Assembly (NCBI GenBank): GCA_963727485.1
Contig: CAVSGM010000011.1
Location: 544,001-608,000, forward strand
Length of the DNA stretch: 64,000 nt
Direction: 5' to 3'
DNA from: an uncultured delta proteobacterium
GTDB lineage: Bacteria; Myxococcota; Myxococcia; SLRQ01
Position 1 is the stretch's first letter. Each line of letters begins with the position of its first letter. Under the pieces are notes generated by a model, which worked only from the letters and a program-made list of their open reading frames with translations, had not been told where the DNA came from and made no database searches. The translations under genes were made by a program, and so were the position numbers. This document shows positions 1 to 8,885 of this stretch, piece by piece.

Positions 1-2
1 AG

Positions 3-1130
3 GATGGCACCGGCAAGGACACGGTCTTCGGCATCCCCAGCGGCAGCGGCCAGGCCACCAAGGTGGGCACGACCGCCAGGTCGGTCCTCGCCGGGCCGAT
101 GCTCGTGGAGGACAACGCCGGGGTGTCCCAGCTCATCTTCCTGGAGACCCAGTCGGTCACCTCCACCAACTTCACCCTCGAGAGCCTGGACCCGACGGGC
201 ACCCAGCTGTGGACCTATGGCGGCGGGAACGTCCTGGGGCAGAGCTACCCCCTGGGCCTGCCGGCGTTGGGATCCAAGGGCCAGCTCTACGTGCCCGTGC
301 GGGTGATGCCCACGGTGGGCAACCCCTCGAGCTGCATCTACCAGGTGGGCCCCGACGGCACCAACACCGACCACGCCTGCCTCTCCAACCAGTCCTGGGA
401 TCGGACCCGGATTGCCGCCCTCCGACAGGCGAGCGGCGACGAAGCGGTGGCGGTGAACGACAAGGGCGCCACCCTGGTGATCGACTGCGCCGGGACCTGC
501 AGCCAGGTCAGCAGCGGCTCCCCCATCGGGGCGCCGGTGGGCGGGCCGATGCTCAGCTCGGACCACTACTTCCTCACCGGGGCCAACCCGTCCGGGGGCG
601 CCGCCGGGTCGGTCTGCGAGGCCTTCCCCTTCGGCGCCAACCTCGCCACCGACAACCCGGACTGGTCGGTGAACCCGGTGGGGCCGAGCACCGGGCCCCT
701 CCGGGATGTCAACCGGATCACCGGCGGGCTGGTGGGCAACCTCTGGGAGGCCCGGGGTCCGACGAGCCCGGCGACGCTGCCAGGCTACAGCACGGTGGCC
801 CTGCCCACGGGTGCGCCGGCGGTGAGCCTCTCCCTGGGCACCGACGGACGGCGCTACGCCCTGGTCAGCAACGGCGGCAGCGCCTACGTGGTCGCCTACG
901 CCGGGCCGCCGGGCAACCAGCAGCTCTGGCGCTACCCCGGGCCGAGCGCGAGCAGCACCCTGCCGCCGCCGATCTCCGATACCACCGCCGTCCTGAGCCC
1001 CCAGGGGTTGCTCATCGTCCCGGACAGCAAGGGCGGGGTCACGGCGCTCATCACCGACAGCCTCCACCCGGCGGTGGGCTGGGCCAACGACCGGGCCGAC
1101 GCCGCCCGGACCGCCGCCATCGCCCGCTGA
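3..1130 (+). CDS. Extracytoplasmic beta-propeller-like (PQQ/BamB-like) protein, 5' truncated by window edge
   Basis: Frame open from base 3; 'LDPTGTQLWTY', 'QQLWRYP', 'PALGSKGQLYV' propeller-type motifs; GC3-rich codons. Confidence 0.5.
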   Translation, partial: DGTGKDTVFGIPSGSGQATKVGTTARSVLAGPMLVEDNAGVSQLIFLETQSVTSTNFTLESLDPTGTQLWTYGGGNVLGQSYPLGLPALGSKGQLYVPVRVMPTVGNPSSCIYQVGPDGTNTDHACLSNQSWDRTRIAALRQASGDEAVAVNDKGATLVIDCAGTCSQVSSGSPIGAPVGGPMLSSDHYFLTGANPSGGAAGSVCEAFPFGANLATDNPDWSVNPVGPSTGPLRDVNRITGGLVGNLWEARGPTSPATLPGYSTVALPTGAPAVSLSLGTDGRRYALVSNGGSAYVVAYAGPPGNQQLWRYPGPSASSTLPPPISDTTAVLSPQGLLIVPDSKGGVTALITDSLHPAVGWANDRADAARTAAIAR

Positions 1131-1163
1131 CCGGCGCCGGATCGCCCGTCCGCTGCCCGGGGG

Positions 1164-2315
1164 CTACCGGCCGAGGCGCGCGGCCAGCCGCCGCACCCCC
1201 TCGGCGAAGACCGCGGGCTGGGGGAGGCGCGAGAGGACCAGGTGGGTTCCCGGGAGGTCGTAGAGGTGGCCCGGGTGGACCACCACCCCATCGGCGAGGA
1301 GGGCCTCGGCCCAGGCCTCGTCGCTGCGGGTCGCCGGGACCCGGAGCACGGCGTACCAGCCGTCGGCGCCCGTGACCCGGTCCCAGGGGGCGCCTTCGGG
1401 GCGGGCGGCGTCGAGGGCGGCGAGGTTTTCCGCGAGGCGGGCGCGGATGGCGTCCTGGACCGCGGCGCGGCCGCCGAGGAGCGCGGGGAGGGCCACCTGG
1501 ACCGGGGTGTTCACCGAGAGGAAGGTGTCGGCGACGAGCTCCAGGCGGTCGGCGGCGGCCTCGGCGTCGGGGCCGCTGGCGACGATCCAGGCGCACTTGA
1601 GGCCCGGGAGGGCGCAGACCTTGGAGAGCCCCGAGAGGACGAAGGTCAGGCACCCGGCCTCCCCGGCGACGGTGCGGGGGCCGGCGGCGTAGTCGAGGAA
1701 GACCTCGTCGACGATGAGCGCCGCGCCCTTCTCGGCGCAGAGGGCGACCAGGCGCGCCCGGGTGGCGGCGTCGAGGGTGGCGCCCACGGGGTTCGAGGGG
1801 TGGACCACCAGCACCGCCCGGGCGCCGGCGTCGAGGGCCCGGGCGACGCCGTCGAGGTCGAGGTGCCAGGCGCCGTCGTAGAGGAGCTCGTAGGGGAGGG
1901 TGCGCGCGCCCTCGAGGCCGGTGAGGAACTCGAAGAGGGGGTAGCTCGGCCGGGGGACGGCGACCGGCTCCCCGGGCTCGCAGAGGACCTTGAACAGCCA
2001 GGTGTAGGCCTCGCTGGTGGAGGCGGTGAGGAGCACCCGGCTCCCGTCGAGGTCGGCGCCGTGGTCCGTGTAGTACCGGCGCACGGCGGCGACGGCGGCC
2101 GGGAGGCCCACCGGCGTCGGGTCGTAGACCACGCCCGCCGGGTCGGCGAGGGCCGCGGTCACCGCCGCCGGGTCCGGGGCGAGGCCGGCGCGGGCGGGGT
2201 TCGACACCGTGAGGTCGAGCAGCGGGCCCCCGGCGCGGCGGGCGGCGTCGACCTTCAGGGCGAAGGGCGTGGGCTCGAGGGACCAGGGGACCCGGGTGGG
2301 GACGCGCAGCGCCAT
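1164..2315 (-). CDS. PLP-dependent aminotransferase class I/II
   Basis: PSYPLF, HPSNPVG, LIVDEVF, SGLSK (PLP lysine) motifs. Confidence 0.88.
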   Translation of the reverse strand: MALRVPTRVPWSLEPTPFALKVDAARRAGGPLLDLTVSNPARAGLAPDPAAVTAALADPAGVVYDPTPVGLPAAVAAVRRYYTDHGADLDGSRVLLTASTSEAYTWLFKVLCEPGEPVAVPRPSYPLFEFLTGLEGARTLPYELLYDGAWHLDLDGVARALDAGARAVLVVHPSNPVGATLDAATRARLVALCAEKGAALIVDEVFLDYAAGPRTVAGEAGCLTFVLSGLSKVCALPGLKCAWIVASGPDAEAAADRLELVADTFLSVNTPVQVALPALLGGRAAVQDAIRARLAENLAALDAARPEGAPWDRVTGADGWYAVLRVPATRSDEAWAEALLADGVVVHPGHLYDLPGTHLVLSRLPQPAVFAEGVRRLAARLGR

Positions 2316-2406
2316 GGCCGCCGGTTTGGCACGGGAGGCCGGGGCGTCGCAAGGGGGCGGGGCCGGCTGCCGTGCCCGGCGGGGGCGACTGGGCTAGGCT
2401 TGCCCC

Positions 2407-2757
2407 GTGAGTGACACCCGCGACGAGCTCCCTAGGGGTGACGGAGCGTCGCCGGCGACGGCCGCGGCGGGGCCGGCGAGGTGCGCCCTCTGCGGCGAGC
2501 CGGGTGCCGCCCCGGTCCTCTGCGGAGCGTGCGAGGCGGCCCTCGACGGCGGCGGGGCCCGGCGCCTCTCGCGCAACGCCATGGTCCTCGGGTCCCTGGC
2601 CTGGGCGGTCGCCGCCATGGGCCTGGTGGTCCTCCACTGGAGCCTGTGGCTCGCCGGCGGCCTGGCCCTCATCGGCGCGCTCCCCACCCTGCGCGCGGCG
2701 AACGTCCGCCGCCTCTGGCGCCGGCACCGGACGGAAAAAGAAAGGCCCCCTGGCTAG
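2407..2757 (+). CDS. Small membrane protein with CxxC...CxxC zinc-ribbon-like N-terminus
   Basis: CALC...CGAC followed by two hydrophobic segments. Confidence 0.5.
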   Translation: MSDTRDELPRGDGASPATAAAGPARCALCGEPGAAPVLCGACEAALDGGGARRLSRNAMVLGSLAWAVAAMGLVVLHWSLWLAGGLALIGALPTLRAANVRRLWRRHRTEKERPPG

Positions 2758-2770
2758 TGCCAGGGGGCCT

Positions 2771-2771
<1 letters not shown>
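2735..2771 (-). terminator. Intrinsic terminator of the tRNA-Gln/tRNA-Glu transcript
   Basis: Stem AAGGCCCCCTGGC/GCCAGGGGGCCTT with 4-nt loop and T-run on minus strand, directly after tRNA CCA. Confidence 0.8.
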
Positions 2772-2845
<74 letters not shown>

Positions 2846-2849
2846 AACG

Positions 2850-2923
2850 TGGCTGGGGAACCAGGATTCGAACCTGGATTAACGGGGCCAGAACCCGTCG
2901 TCCTGCCGTTAGACGATTCCCCA
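2850..2923 (-). tRNA. tRNA-Gln (CTG)
   Basis: Reverse complement TGGGGAATCGTCTAACGGCAGGAC...TTCTGGC...GGTTCGAATCC...GCCA. Confidence 0.96.
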
Positions 2924-2928
2924 ATGAA

Positions 2929-3321
2929 TCATTTGGACACGTGCTTCGGCGTCTTCTTCAACGCTGGGAGGACGTAGAACCGTACCTCGCCGTCGTTGAT
3001 CTCGTAGATGTTGATGCCCGACCATCCCCGATCCCGCCGGTTGCGGAGGTGGATGGCCTTGATGCCGGGCTGATTGACGATCCGGATGCGGGGGAAGCGG
3101 CTCGGGGGGTAGGTCTTCCAGAGCCACCGCATGGTGTCGTCCCAGTTCCAGGGGGAACGGTAACGATGGTCGCCAATCTTGGCCGCGAACTTGGGGAGGG
3201 CGGCGCCGAGATCGTGTCGATATTCAGATGAGAGCGCGTTTGCCGGGGACGGCGTGAGCACCAGCCCCGCGGCCAGCGCGAGGGCGGCTATATAGGCAAA
3301 GGCGTGCCGGCTGTCAATCAT
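2929..3321 (-). CDS. Secreted hypothetical protein (~130 aa)
   Basis: ATG 3321 (MIDSRH...), signal peptide ending ANA, globular aromatic-rich body. Confidence 0.65.
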   Translation of the reverse strand: MIDSRHAFAYIAALALAAGLVLTPSPANALSSEYRHDLGAALPKFAAKIGDHRYRSPWNWDDTMRWLWKTYPPSRFPRIRIVNQPGIKAIHLRNRRDRGWSGINIYEINDGEVRFYVLPALKKTPKHVSK

Positions 3322-3331
3322 GAGACGTCGG

Positions 3332-3360
3332 AGGCTACGAGCGGGCCGGGGCGGTGTCAA
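3332..3360 (-). promoter_or_regulatory. Sigma70-type promoter
   Basis: TTGACA-N17-TAGCCT on minus strand, -10 ending ~10 nt before ATG 3321. Confidence 0.55.
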
Positions 3361-3533
3361 GACGGCCCTCGGGACCCGGGTCCTGGGACACCCGGACCTC
3401 CACGGCGACCCGGCGGGGAGACGGTCCATGGTGCGGCGCAGCAGACAGCAAAGCGGCGCGATTTCCAGGGGTTGACGATCGGGCGGGCCGCGTCGCCGAC
3501 GTCGGTACGGGGGTTGCTCAATACCCCCCTGCC

Positions 3534-4991
3534 ATGCGCTCCCGAACCCCCGCTCTCGTCCTGGTCCTCGCCGCCGTCCTCGCCGCACCGGCGGCCGCCC
3601 ACGCCTACGTCCTGCGCACCGCCCCCGACGGCCACGAGGTGAAGTGGGCGGACCCGACCGCGGTGAACCTGGTCCTCCACCTGCCCCCGGCGGCGGTGAC
3701 CCGCGACGGCCAGGCCTTCCTCGACGCCGAGGCCCGGGCGGTCTCCCACTGGGACGACGTCGCCGGCGCCCACATCGGCGTGACCACCACCGTGGCCACG
3801 GGCCGGGGCGAGCCCGAGGCGGGCTACGACCGCGAGCACCCGTCCCGGAACCAGAACGACGTGTTCTTCGTGACCGGGGACTGGCCCTTCGACCCCGCGG
3901 CCCTCGGGGTCACCGTGGTCACCTACAGCTCGACCACCGACGTCATGCTCGACACCGACATCCTCTTCAACGCCGAGGACCACCACTGGGCGGTCCTCGA
4001 CCACGCCGTGCCCCCGGACCCGGACGGCCACGGCCCCGCCGACGTGGAGTCGGTGGCCACCCACGAGGTGGGCCACGTCCTCGGGCTCATGCACAACACC
4101 GTGGACCCCACGGTCACCATGTACCCCTCGACCGGGTACGGGGAGATCTGGATGCGCAGCCTCGCCGACGACGACATGCAGGGGGCCGTGGCCCTCTACC
4201 CGGCCACCCCGGCGTCCACCGGCGCCCCGGGGACCGACGGCTCCGGCGGCACCGGCGGTCCCGGCGACACCGGGTCCAGCGGCGCCGGTGCGGGCGTCCC
4301 CGCGGCGACCCGGCACCTCGGCGGCTGCAGCGTCGCCGGCGGCTCCGCCGGGGCCCTGCCGTTCCTCCTGGTGCTCCTCGGCCTCGTCCGGCGCCGGGCC
4401 CTCGCCCGGCTGCGGCCGGTCCTCCGCCGCGCCCTCCCGGCCCTCGCCGCCGTCGTGTGCCTCGCCGCCCCCGCCGCCGCCCACGCCAGCCGCTTCCTCC
4501 CCCGCACCCTCGCCCAGGCCACCGCCGCCGCGGACCTGGTGGTCGAGGGCCGGGTCACCGGGACGCACAGCCGGTGGCAGGGCCGCCTCATCGTCACCGA
4601 CGTCCACCTCCAGGTCTCCCGGTGCCTCAAGGGCGCGTGCGGCGACACCATGGACCTGGTGACCCCCGGCGGCCGGGTCGGGGACCTGGTCCAGGCCGTC
4701 GCCGGCATCGCCCCCTACCGGGTGGGCTCGAAGGTCGTGGTGTTCCTGGTGCACCGGCCCATCGGCCTCATCGCCCTGGAGAGCGGCGGGCGCTTCGAGG
4801 AGGTCGTCGACGGCGACGGCCGGCACCTGGCCCTGGCGACCACCGGCGGCTACCGCCTCCTGCCCCTCGCCGACCTGGTGACCCGCATCCGCACCCTGGT
4901 CGCCCACCCGGTGCCGGTCCCGCCCCTGGGCACCCCGCTGGCCCGGCCCGCGGCCGGCACCTCGGTCAGTGGATCCGCCGGAGGGCGATGA
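3534..4991 (+). CDS. Matrixin (M10/metzincin) metalloprotease with internal MYXO-CTERM-like segment, second signal peptide and C-terminal OB/TIMP-like domain
   Basis: Signal peptide, HEVGHVLGLMH plus Met-turn (TMYP), GGCSVAGG..LPFLLVLLGLVRRR, second LAAPAAAHA, ADLVVEGRV domain. Confidence 0.8.
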   Translation: MRSRTPALVLVLAAVLAAPAAAHAYVLRTAPDGHEVKWADPTAVNLVLHLPPAAVTRDGQAFLDAEARAVSHWDDVAGAHIGVTTTVATGRGEPEAGYDREHPSRNQNDVFFVTGDWPFDPAALGVTVVTYSSTTDVMLDTDILFNAEDHHWAVLDHAVPPDPDGHGPADVESVATHEVGHVLGLMHNTVDPTVTMYPSTGYGEIWMRSLADDDMQGAVALYPATPASTGAPGTDGSGGTGGPGDTGSSGAGAGVPAATRHLGGCSVAGGSAGALPFLLVLLGLVRRRALARLRPVLRRALPALAAVVCLAAPAAAHASRFLPRTLAQATAAADLVVEGRVTGTHSRWQGRLIVTDVHLQVSRCLKGACGDTMDLVTPGGRVGDLVQAVAGIAPYRVGSKVVVFLVHRPIGLIALESGGRFEEVVDGDGRHLALATTGGYRLLPLADLVTRIRTLVAHPVPVPPLGTPLARPAAGTSVSGSAGGR

Positions 4992-5709
4992 TCAGGTCCA
5001 TGGTGAACGCCACCGAGGCGTGGAGCAGCGCCCCCCACCAGAACGACCGGGTGCGGATCGCCAGCACCGCGAGCGCGATGGCGGCGACGATGGCGCCGAA
5101 GGCCTCGGCCTCGGGCTTGCCCACGTGCATCAGGGCGAAGGGGATGAGGGTCACCCAGATCGCGTGTCCCCGGATCCGCTCGTACATCCCGAAGAGCAGA
5201 AAGCCCCGGAACAGCCACTCCCAGGCGATGAAGTAGAGGACGTAGCCCACCTCGTAGGCCGCGAAGAGCCCCCAGCTCTTCAGGGCGCCCTGGCACAGGG
5301 GGTAGGTGTGCTCGAAGGCCCCGGTGTGGGAGACCAGGGCGACCAGCGGCAGCATCACCAGGAAGAACACGGCGGCGATCCCCAGGCCCACCTTCCAGTC
5401 GCCGAGGCCGACGCCGAAGTCCCGGAGGCGCTCCCCGGGGAGCAGCAGCACCGCCCCCAGGGGGATGAGCCCGTAGAGCACCGCCGAGCTGGCGAACCAG
5501 TAGAGGTAGGGCTGGATCGGCTTGCCCGGGAGCGCGTCGAGGTGGCCGCCGAAGAGGCCGTGGAAGTCCCCGACCTCGCCGTGGTAGCGCGAGGCGAGGA
5601 GCGCCGCGGCGGCGACGATGACGATGACCGCGCTGCCGAGGTCGACGCCCTCGAAGGCCGGGGCCGCCTGGGCCCAGAGCCAACGTCCCAGGCGCCCGAC
5701 CCCGCTCAC
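4966..5709 (-). CDS. CPBP (CAAX/Abi) family intramembrane glutamic protease
   Basis: Multi-TM; WEWLFRG, FALMH, LLHASV motifs; GTG overlaps gltX stop. Confidence 0.85.
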   Translation of the reverse strand: MSGVGRLGRWLWAQAAPAFEGVDLGSAVIVIVAAAALLASRYHGEVGDFHGLFGGHLDALPGKPIQPYLYWFASSAVLYGLIPLGAVLLLPGERLRDFGVGLGDWKVGLGIAAVFFLVMLPLVALVSHTGAFEHTYPLCQGALKSWGLFAAYEVGYVLYFIAWEWLFRGFLLFGMYERIRGHAIWVTLIPFALMHVGKPEAEAFGAIVAAIALAVLAIRTRSFWWGALLHASVAFTMDLIIALRRIH

Positions 5710-7133
5710 GGGATGTGGGCGATGGCGGCGTCGAGGCGCCGGAGGGCTTCGTCGTAGCCGATGAAGCCCATGGTCTCGAAGAGCCCCGGCGACACCGTGC
5801 CGCCGGTGAGCGCGACCCGGATGGGCTGGGCCACCTTGCCCAGGCCCAGGCCGTTCTCCTCGGCGTAGCGGCGCATCCAGGCCTCGAGGGCCTCGTGGTC
5901 GACCTTGCGGTGGAGCTCGAGCTCACCCTTGACCGCCTGGAGGTGGGCCTTCGTCTCCGGGGTGAGGAACTTCTTCTCGGCCTTGGCCTGGTACTCGGGG
6001 ATCCCCGGCACCAGGTAGGTCCGGGCCATCTGGGCCATCTCCTCGAGGGTCTTGGTCCGGGACTTGAGCGCCCCGGCGATGCCCGCGAGGCGATCGTCGA
6101 CGGGGGCCTCGACCTCCATCCGCCCCAGCTGCCCGGCGAGGAGCGTCGCCAGCTCGGCGTCCGGCGTCTCCATCATCCACTGCTGGTTGAGCCACATCAG
6201 CTTGTCGGGGTTGAACACCGACGCGGTCTTGCCCACCCGGTCGAAGTCGAAGTTCTGAAGGAGCATCTCCCGGGAGAAGATCTCGGTCTTGTCGTCGAAG
6301 GACCAGCCGAGGCGCACCAGGTAGTTCACCAGGGCCCAGGGGAGGTAGCCCGCGTCCCGGTACCAGGTGACGCTCACCGCCCCGTGGCGCTTGGAGAGCC
6401 GCGCCTTGTCGCTGCCCAGGATCATCGGCAGGTGGGCGAACTCGGGGACCGTGAAGCCCAGCGCCTGGTACATCAGGATCTGCCGGGCGGTGTTGTTGAT
6501 GTGGTCGTCGCCCCGGGCCACCAGGTCGATGGCCATGGTGGCGTCGTCGATGACCACCGAGAGGTTGTAGAGGGGCACCCCGTCCATGCGCATGATCACC
6601 TCGTCCTGGAGGGCCGCGTGGGGGGTGGTGATGGGGCCGCGGACCCGGTCGACGAAGGTGGTCTCGCCCTCGGTGGGCATCTTGATGCGCACCACGTAGG
6701 GGAGGTCGGGGTGGTCCTTGCGGTCGCGGCAGGTGCCCGGGTAGCGGAACTGCTTGCCGGCGGCCTGGGCGGCCTTGCGCTGGGCGTCGAGGGACTCCTT
6801 GGTGCAGTAGCAGCGGTAGGCCTTGCCCTCGGCGAGGAGTCGGTCGACGTGCGCCTGGTAGATCCCGAGGCGCTCGGTCTGGAGGTAGGGGCCGTGGTCG
6901 CCGCCGACCTCCGGGCCCTCGTCCCAGTCGAGGCCGAGCCAGCGCATCCCCTCGACGATGGCGTGGATCGACTCCTCGGTGCTCCGGGCCCGGTCGGTGT
7001 CCTCGATGCGCAGCACGAAGGTGCCGCCGAAGCGCCGGGCGTAGAGCCAGTTGAACAGCGCCGTCCGGGCGCCACCGATGTGGAGGTAACCGGTGGGGGA
7101 CGGGGCGAAGCGGACCCTGGGCTTACCACTCAT
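5706..7133 (-). CDS. gltX: Glutamate--tRNA ligase
   Basis: RFAPSPTGYLHIGG (HIGH), LRIEDTD, RLSKR (KMSKS-like). Confidence 0.97.
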   Translation of the reverse strand: MSGKPRVRFAPSPTGYLHIGGARTALFNWLYARRFGGTFVLRIEDTDRARSTEESIHAIVEGMRWLGLDWDEGPEVGGDHGPYLQTERLGIYQAHVDRLLAEGKAYRCYCTKESLDAQRKAAQAAGKQFRYPGTCRDRKDHPDLPYVVRIKMPTEGETTFVDRVRGPITTPHAALQDEVIMRMDGVPLYNLSVVIDDATMAIDLVARGDDHINNTARQILMYQALGFTVPEFAHLPMILGSDKARLSKRHGAVSVTWYRDAGYLPWALVNYLVRLGWSFDDKTEIFSREMLLQNFDFDRVGKTASVFNPDKLMWLNQQWMMETPDAELATLLAGQLGRMEVEAPVDDRLAGIAGALKSRTKTLEEMAQMARTYLVPGIPEYQAKAEKKFLTPETKAHLQAVKGELELHRKVDHEALEAWMRRYAEENGLGLGKVAQPIRVALTGGTVSPGLFETMGFIGYDEALRRLDAAIAHIP

Positions 7134-7211
7134 GATCCGGTGCGATTAGCAGAAGAGCGCCCCCTGCTCCAAGGGGAAACGGTGGTATCGTCGGCTCGAA
7201 CCGGACCCGTC

Positions 7212-7782
7212 ATGCGCCCAACGCCCGTCCGCCTCCTGCTCCTCTGCGCGGCCCTCTCCGTCGCCGCCCCCGTGCGCGCCTCCACCGTGGCGGGCGCCAC
7301 CGTAGAGGATCTCGGCCCGCGCCGCCGGGGCCATCGTCGAGGGCCAGGTCACCCACACCCGTGCGGTGACCGTCGACGACGGCCGGCGGATCCTCACGGT
7401 GGTCACCGTCTCCGTCGCCCGGAGCCTCAAGGGCGGCGCCTTCACCCAGGTCCAGGTGGTGGTCCCCGGGGGCCACGTGGGCAACATCGCCCAGCAGGTC
7501 ACCGGGCTGCCGGCGCTCACCGTGGGCGAGCAGGTGGTCCTCTTCCTCGCCCGGCGCCCCGGCGCCGCCCACCCGGTGCCGCGCTTCGACCTCACCGCCC
7601 TCGGCCTGTCCATCTACCAGGTGCAGGGCACCCGGGCGGTGCGCCACACCCGGGGCCTGGAGGTGGTCACCGGGCCCCTCGACCGGGCCCCGAAGCAGGT
7701 CGCCTCCGACGACCGCCTCGACCTCGCCACCCTCCGGGCCCGGATCCGCGCGGCGCTGAAGTCGCCGGGGCGCGCCCCTTGA
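7212..7782 (+). CDS. Secreted OB/TIMP-like protein; +1 indel near 7314
   Basis: Signal peptide MRPTPVRLLLLCAALSVAAPVRA; removing one G joins ATVEDL-ARAAGAIVEGQV...VPGGHVG...GEQVVLFL, paralogous to C-terminal domain of 3534..4991. Confidence 0.7.
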
Positions 7783-8885
7783 GCCGGCGGCCGTTCCCCC
7801 GGTCGGGCGCCGCCCTCGCCGCCGCCCTCGCCGCCATGGCCCCGGGCCTCGCCCGGGCGTGGACCGTGGAGCACACCGCCTCGGGGGCCGAGGTCCACTG
7901 GACCGCGTTTCCGGTCTCCTACCGGGTCGACCTCGGGGGCGTCGCCCGGGCCGACCGCCGGTGGGTCCTGCGCACCCTCCGCCGGGGCCCCGAGAGCTGG
8001 ACCCTCCCCCAGGCGAGCCCCGCCGCCTTCACCTACGCCGGCACCACCTCCGCCGGCCTCGTCGCCGGCGACGGCCAGACCACCGTCGCCTACGTGGCCC
8101 AGGGGTGGCCCGCGGATCTCGGCGACGGGAGCATCACCGCCGGGGCGACGCTGCTCACCTACGACGACACCACCGGCGAGGTCTCCGAGGCCGACGTGGG
8201 CCTCAACGCCGAGGGCTTCCGCTTCGCCGACGAGACCCCGCGCCCGGACGCCCTGGACCTCTGGTCCATCAGCGCCCACGAGGCCGGGCACGTCCTGGGC
8301 CTCGGCCACGTCTGCGGCGACGCCGGTGCCCCCGCCTGCGACCCGAACGACCCGGCGATGACCGCCGCGCTGATGTACCCGGCGGCGGTCCCCGGGGACA
8401 CCGGCCGCCGGATCCCCAGCGCCGACGACCTCGCGGGCCTCGCGCACCTCTACGGCCCCGGCGACGCCGCGCCTCCGGACGGCGCGGTGGCCGACCGGGC
8501 CTGCCCGGCGGACCCGCTGGTCTTCGTCCCCGCCACCGGGAGCGCCACGCCCACCGCCTTCCAGGTCGTCGACGCCGACACCGGGGCGGTGACGCCCATC
8601 TACTTCAGCGCCGAGGAGGACGGGGACCACCTCGCCGCCGCGGTCCCCGCCGGGCACCTCCTCGACCTGGTGGCCATCGAGGCCTCGGGGAAGGCCCGGA
8701 CCCTCTACGGTGCCCTGTCGCCCCTGGCTCCCTGCGGTGCCGATGGAGGCACGGCGCCGCCTCCGGTCCAGGCGGGCTGCGGGTGCGATCCGGTGCCGGG
8801 ATCCGCCGGGGCGGGGCCAGCGCTGGTGCTCCTCGGCCTCCTGGGCCTCCGGCTTCGGCGCCGCGCGGGAGGCCTGGGCCCGTGA
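7779..8885 (+). CDS. Matrixin-family metalloprotease with MYXO-CTERM tail
   Basis: TTG overlapping upstream TGA; HEAGHVLGLGH, LMYP; AGCGC...ALVLLGLLGLRLRRR. Confidence 0.85.
   Translation: MSRRPFPRSGAALAAALAAMAPGLARAWTVEHTASGAEVHWTAFPVSYRVDLGGVARADRRWVLRTLRRGPESWTLPQASPAAFTYAGTTSAGLVAGDGQTTVAYVAQGWPADLGDGSITAGATLLTYDDTTGEVSEADVGLNAEGFRFADETPRPDALDLWSISAHEAGHVLGLGHVCGDAGAPACDPNDPAMTAALMYPAAVPGDTGRRIPSADDLAGLAHLYGPGDAAPPDGAVADRACPADPLVFVPATGSATPTAFQVVDADTGAVTPIYFSAEEDGDHLAAAVPAGHLLDLVAIEASGKARTLYGALSPLAPCGADGGTAPPPVQAGCGCDPVPGSAGAGPALVLLGLLGLRLRRRAGGLGP

Noticed and set aside
5715..8885. 1056-aa ORF ending in a matrixin
   Set aside because: Chimera of the gltX antisense frame, the frameshifted 7212 gene and the real 7779 gene.
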